DNA of 64,000 nucleotides from Escherichia coli (GTDB lineage Bacteria; Pseudomonadota; Gammaproteobacteria; Enterobacterales; Enterobacteriaceae): NCBI RefSeq assembly GCF_046105845.1, contig NZ_CP151004.1; one strand, 5' to 3'. Shown piece by piece: positions 62,660 to 64,000 of this stretch (position 1 is its first letter; each line of letters starts with the position of its first letter). The notes under the pieces were generated by a model. It saw only the letters and a program-made list of their open reading frames with translations, ran no database searches and was not told where the DNA came from. The position numbers and the translations under genes were made by a program.

Positions 62660-64000
62660 CTACTCTCCCTGTTGTCTGGCTGACGGCAGTTTGGCCGCTT
62701 TATTAACGTCATACCACCAGGTATCGATACCCAGGCTGTAAACAGGGCGCACTGCGGGTTGAGAGAATTTATCCCACCAGGCGAGACGGTCTTCCGCCAT
62801 ATACCACATTGGCAGCATGTAATAATTCCACGTTAATACGCGATCCAGTGCTCGCCCCAACGGCAGTAATTTTTCTTTATTTCCCTGCGCGGCAATAATT
62901 TGGTTGATCAGCGAGTCGATAACCGGGCTTTGCACGCCGGGGGCATTATAAGTGGAATTGATATATTCCGATGACCAGGATATCTGTAAATCGGAACTGG
63001 GCCACGGCATCGCCCGCCATACGCGCGGCATCATGTCATAGTCGCGACTGCGCATGCGGTTGGTGATTTGCGAGTTATCCACTTTGCGAATGTCCATGTT
63101 GATACCCAGCCGTTGCAGGCTGTGCTGGAACGGCAATACCCACTGACTATTGCTGCTCGAAGGTAGCAATAACTCAAAGCTGAGCGGCTGACCCGTTGTG
63201 GCATTTACGCGTTGCTGACCCTTCAGCACCCAGCCCGCTTCGTTGAGAAGTTTGTCGGCTTTTAACAGGTTGTCACGATCGTAGCCATCGCCTTTGGATA
63301 TCGGCGGCTGGTAGATTTGTGTGAAGACTTCTGGAGGTAGATCTTTTTTCATTGGTGCCAGAAGCACCAGCTCCGCGGCGTCGGGGTAATTTCTGGCCGC
63401 GTATTCGGTATTCTGAAAATAACTGTTCGTGCGACTCCAGGCATTATAAAACAACGCCTTGTTCATCCATTCAAAGTCAAAGGCGAGAGTGATTGCTTCC
63501 CGCACCCGGCGATCGCTGAATACCGGACGTTGGATATTAAACGCCAGCCAGCGCGTATCCTGGGCTGATTCGTTCTTTTGCTCATCTTTGATGATGTATT
63601 TCTTATCGAAATTTTTACCGGTATAGCGCGTGGCCCAGTTTTTGGCGTCGTTTTCCATACGCAAATCAAAGGCACCGGCTTTAAACGCTTCAAAGGCGAC
63701 ATTATCATCGAGGTAATAATCGTAGCGAATGGTGTCGAAATTCCAGCGTCCACGGTTTACCGGTAAGTTTGCTGCCCAGTAATCTTTCACGCGGGAATAG
63801 ACAATATTTTGCCCCATTTTCCAGGACGTAATTCGGTACGGACCACTGGCAAGCGGAGGCGTGGCGAGCGGGTCGCTAAGTTTGTGATTCTTCCAGTACT
63901 TTTCTGGAAATACCGGCAGCGAAAACAGACTCAGCATATCTTCTTTGCCGGGTTTAGCTAACTCAATGCGCACGGTTAACGGCGCAATGGCTTTGACGGT
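62660..64000 (-). CDS. yejA: Periplasmic oligopeptide/microcin C-binding protein YejA, C-terminal ~446 codons (5' end beyond window)
   Basis: Open frame continues to the window end on the minus strand (ORF track 62660..63973 is only the ATG-delimited part); family 5 solute-binding protein; first gene of yejABEF. Confidence 0.9.
   Translation of the reverse strand, partial: TVKAIAPLTVRIELAKPGKEDMLSLFSLPVFPEKYWKNHKLSDPLATPPLASGPYRITSWKMGQNIVYSRVKDYWAANLPVNRGRWNFDTIRYDYYLDDNVAFEAFKAGAFDLRMENDAKNWATRYTGKNFDKKYIIKDEQKNESAQDTRWLAFNIQRPVFSDRRVREAITLAFDFEWMNKALFYNAWSRTNSYFQNTEYAARNYPDAAELVLLAPMKKDLPPEVFTQIYQPPISKGDGYDRDNLLKADKLLNEAGWVLKGQQRVNATTGQPLSFELLLPSSSNSQWVLPFQHSLQRLGINMDIRKVDNSQITNRMRSRDYDMMPRVWRAMPWPSSDLQISWSSEYINSTYNAPGVQSPVIDSLINQIIAAQGNKEKLLPLGRALDRVLTWNYYMLPMWYMAEDRLAWWDKFSQPAVRPVYSLGIDTWWYDVNKAAKLPSARQQGE

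Overview
This window is a contiguous, gene-dense stretch of an Escherichia coli-type chromosome, syntenic with the K-12 region from gyrA to yejA (about 49-50 min) but in reverse orientation relative to K-12 numbering. All identifications rest on reading the supplied ORF translations and DNA against remembered E. coli protein and RNA sequences and motifs; no database search was run. Gene order is gyrA(3' part) - yfaA-yfaT-yfaS-yfaQ-yfaP - atoBEAD(-) - atoC/atoS(-) - rcsC - rcsB/rcsD(-) - micF(-) - ompC - apbE - ada-alkB - yojI - mqo - eco(-) - napFDAGHBC - ccmABCDEFGH - narP(-) - yejO - proL tRNA(-) - yejM/lapC(-) - yejL(-) - yejK - rplY(-) - radD/yejH(-) - rsuA - bcr - yejG - yejFEBA(-, yejA truncated by the window end). 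I found no insertion sequence, transposase, integrase, prophage module or CRISPR array; this is core genome, not an accessory island. Differences from the K-12 reference as I remember it: yfaS and yejO are intact single ORFs (both are pseudogenes in MG1655, yejO with an IS5), and OmpC is 375 aa rather than 367 aa. I do not see a clearly new system. The least understood content is the five-gene alpha-2-macroglobulin-like envelope operon yfaA-yfaP, where I note a thioester-less YfaS, an NlpC/P60-like Cys/His arrangement in YfaT and an HExxH motif in YfaQ, followed by the intact repeat-containing autotransporter YejO beside tRNA-Pro. The regulatory architecture seen in the DNA (sigma54/AtoC at ato, FNR plus NarP/NarL at napF, OmpR boxes at ompC/micF, Ada box at ada) matches what is known.
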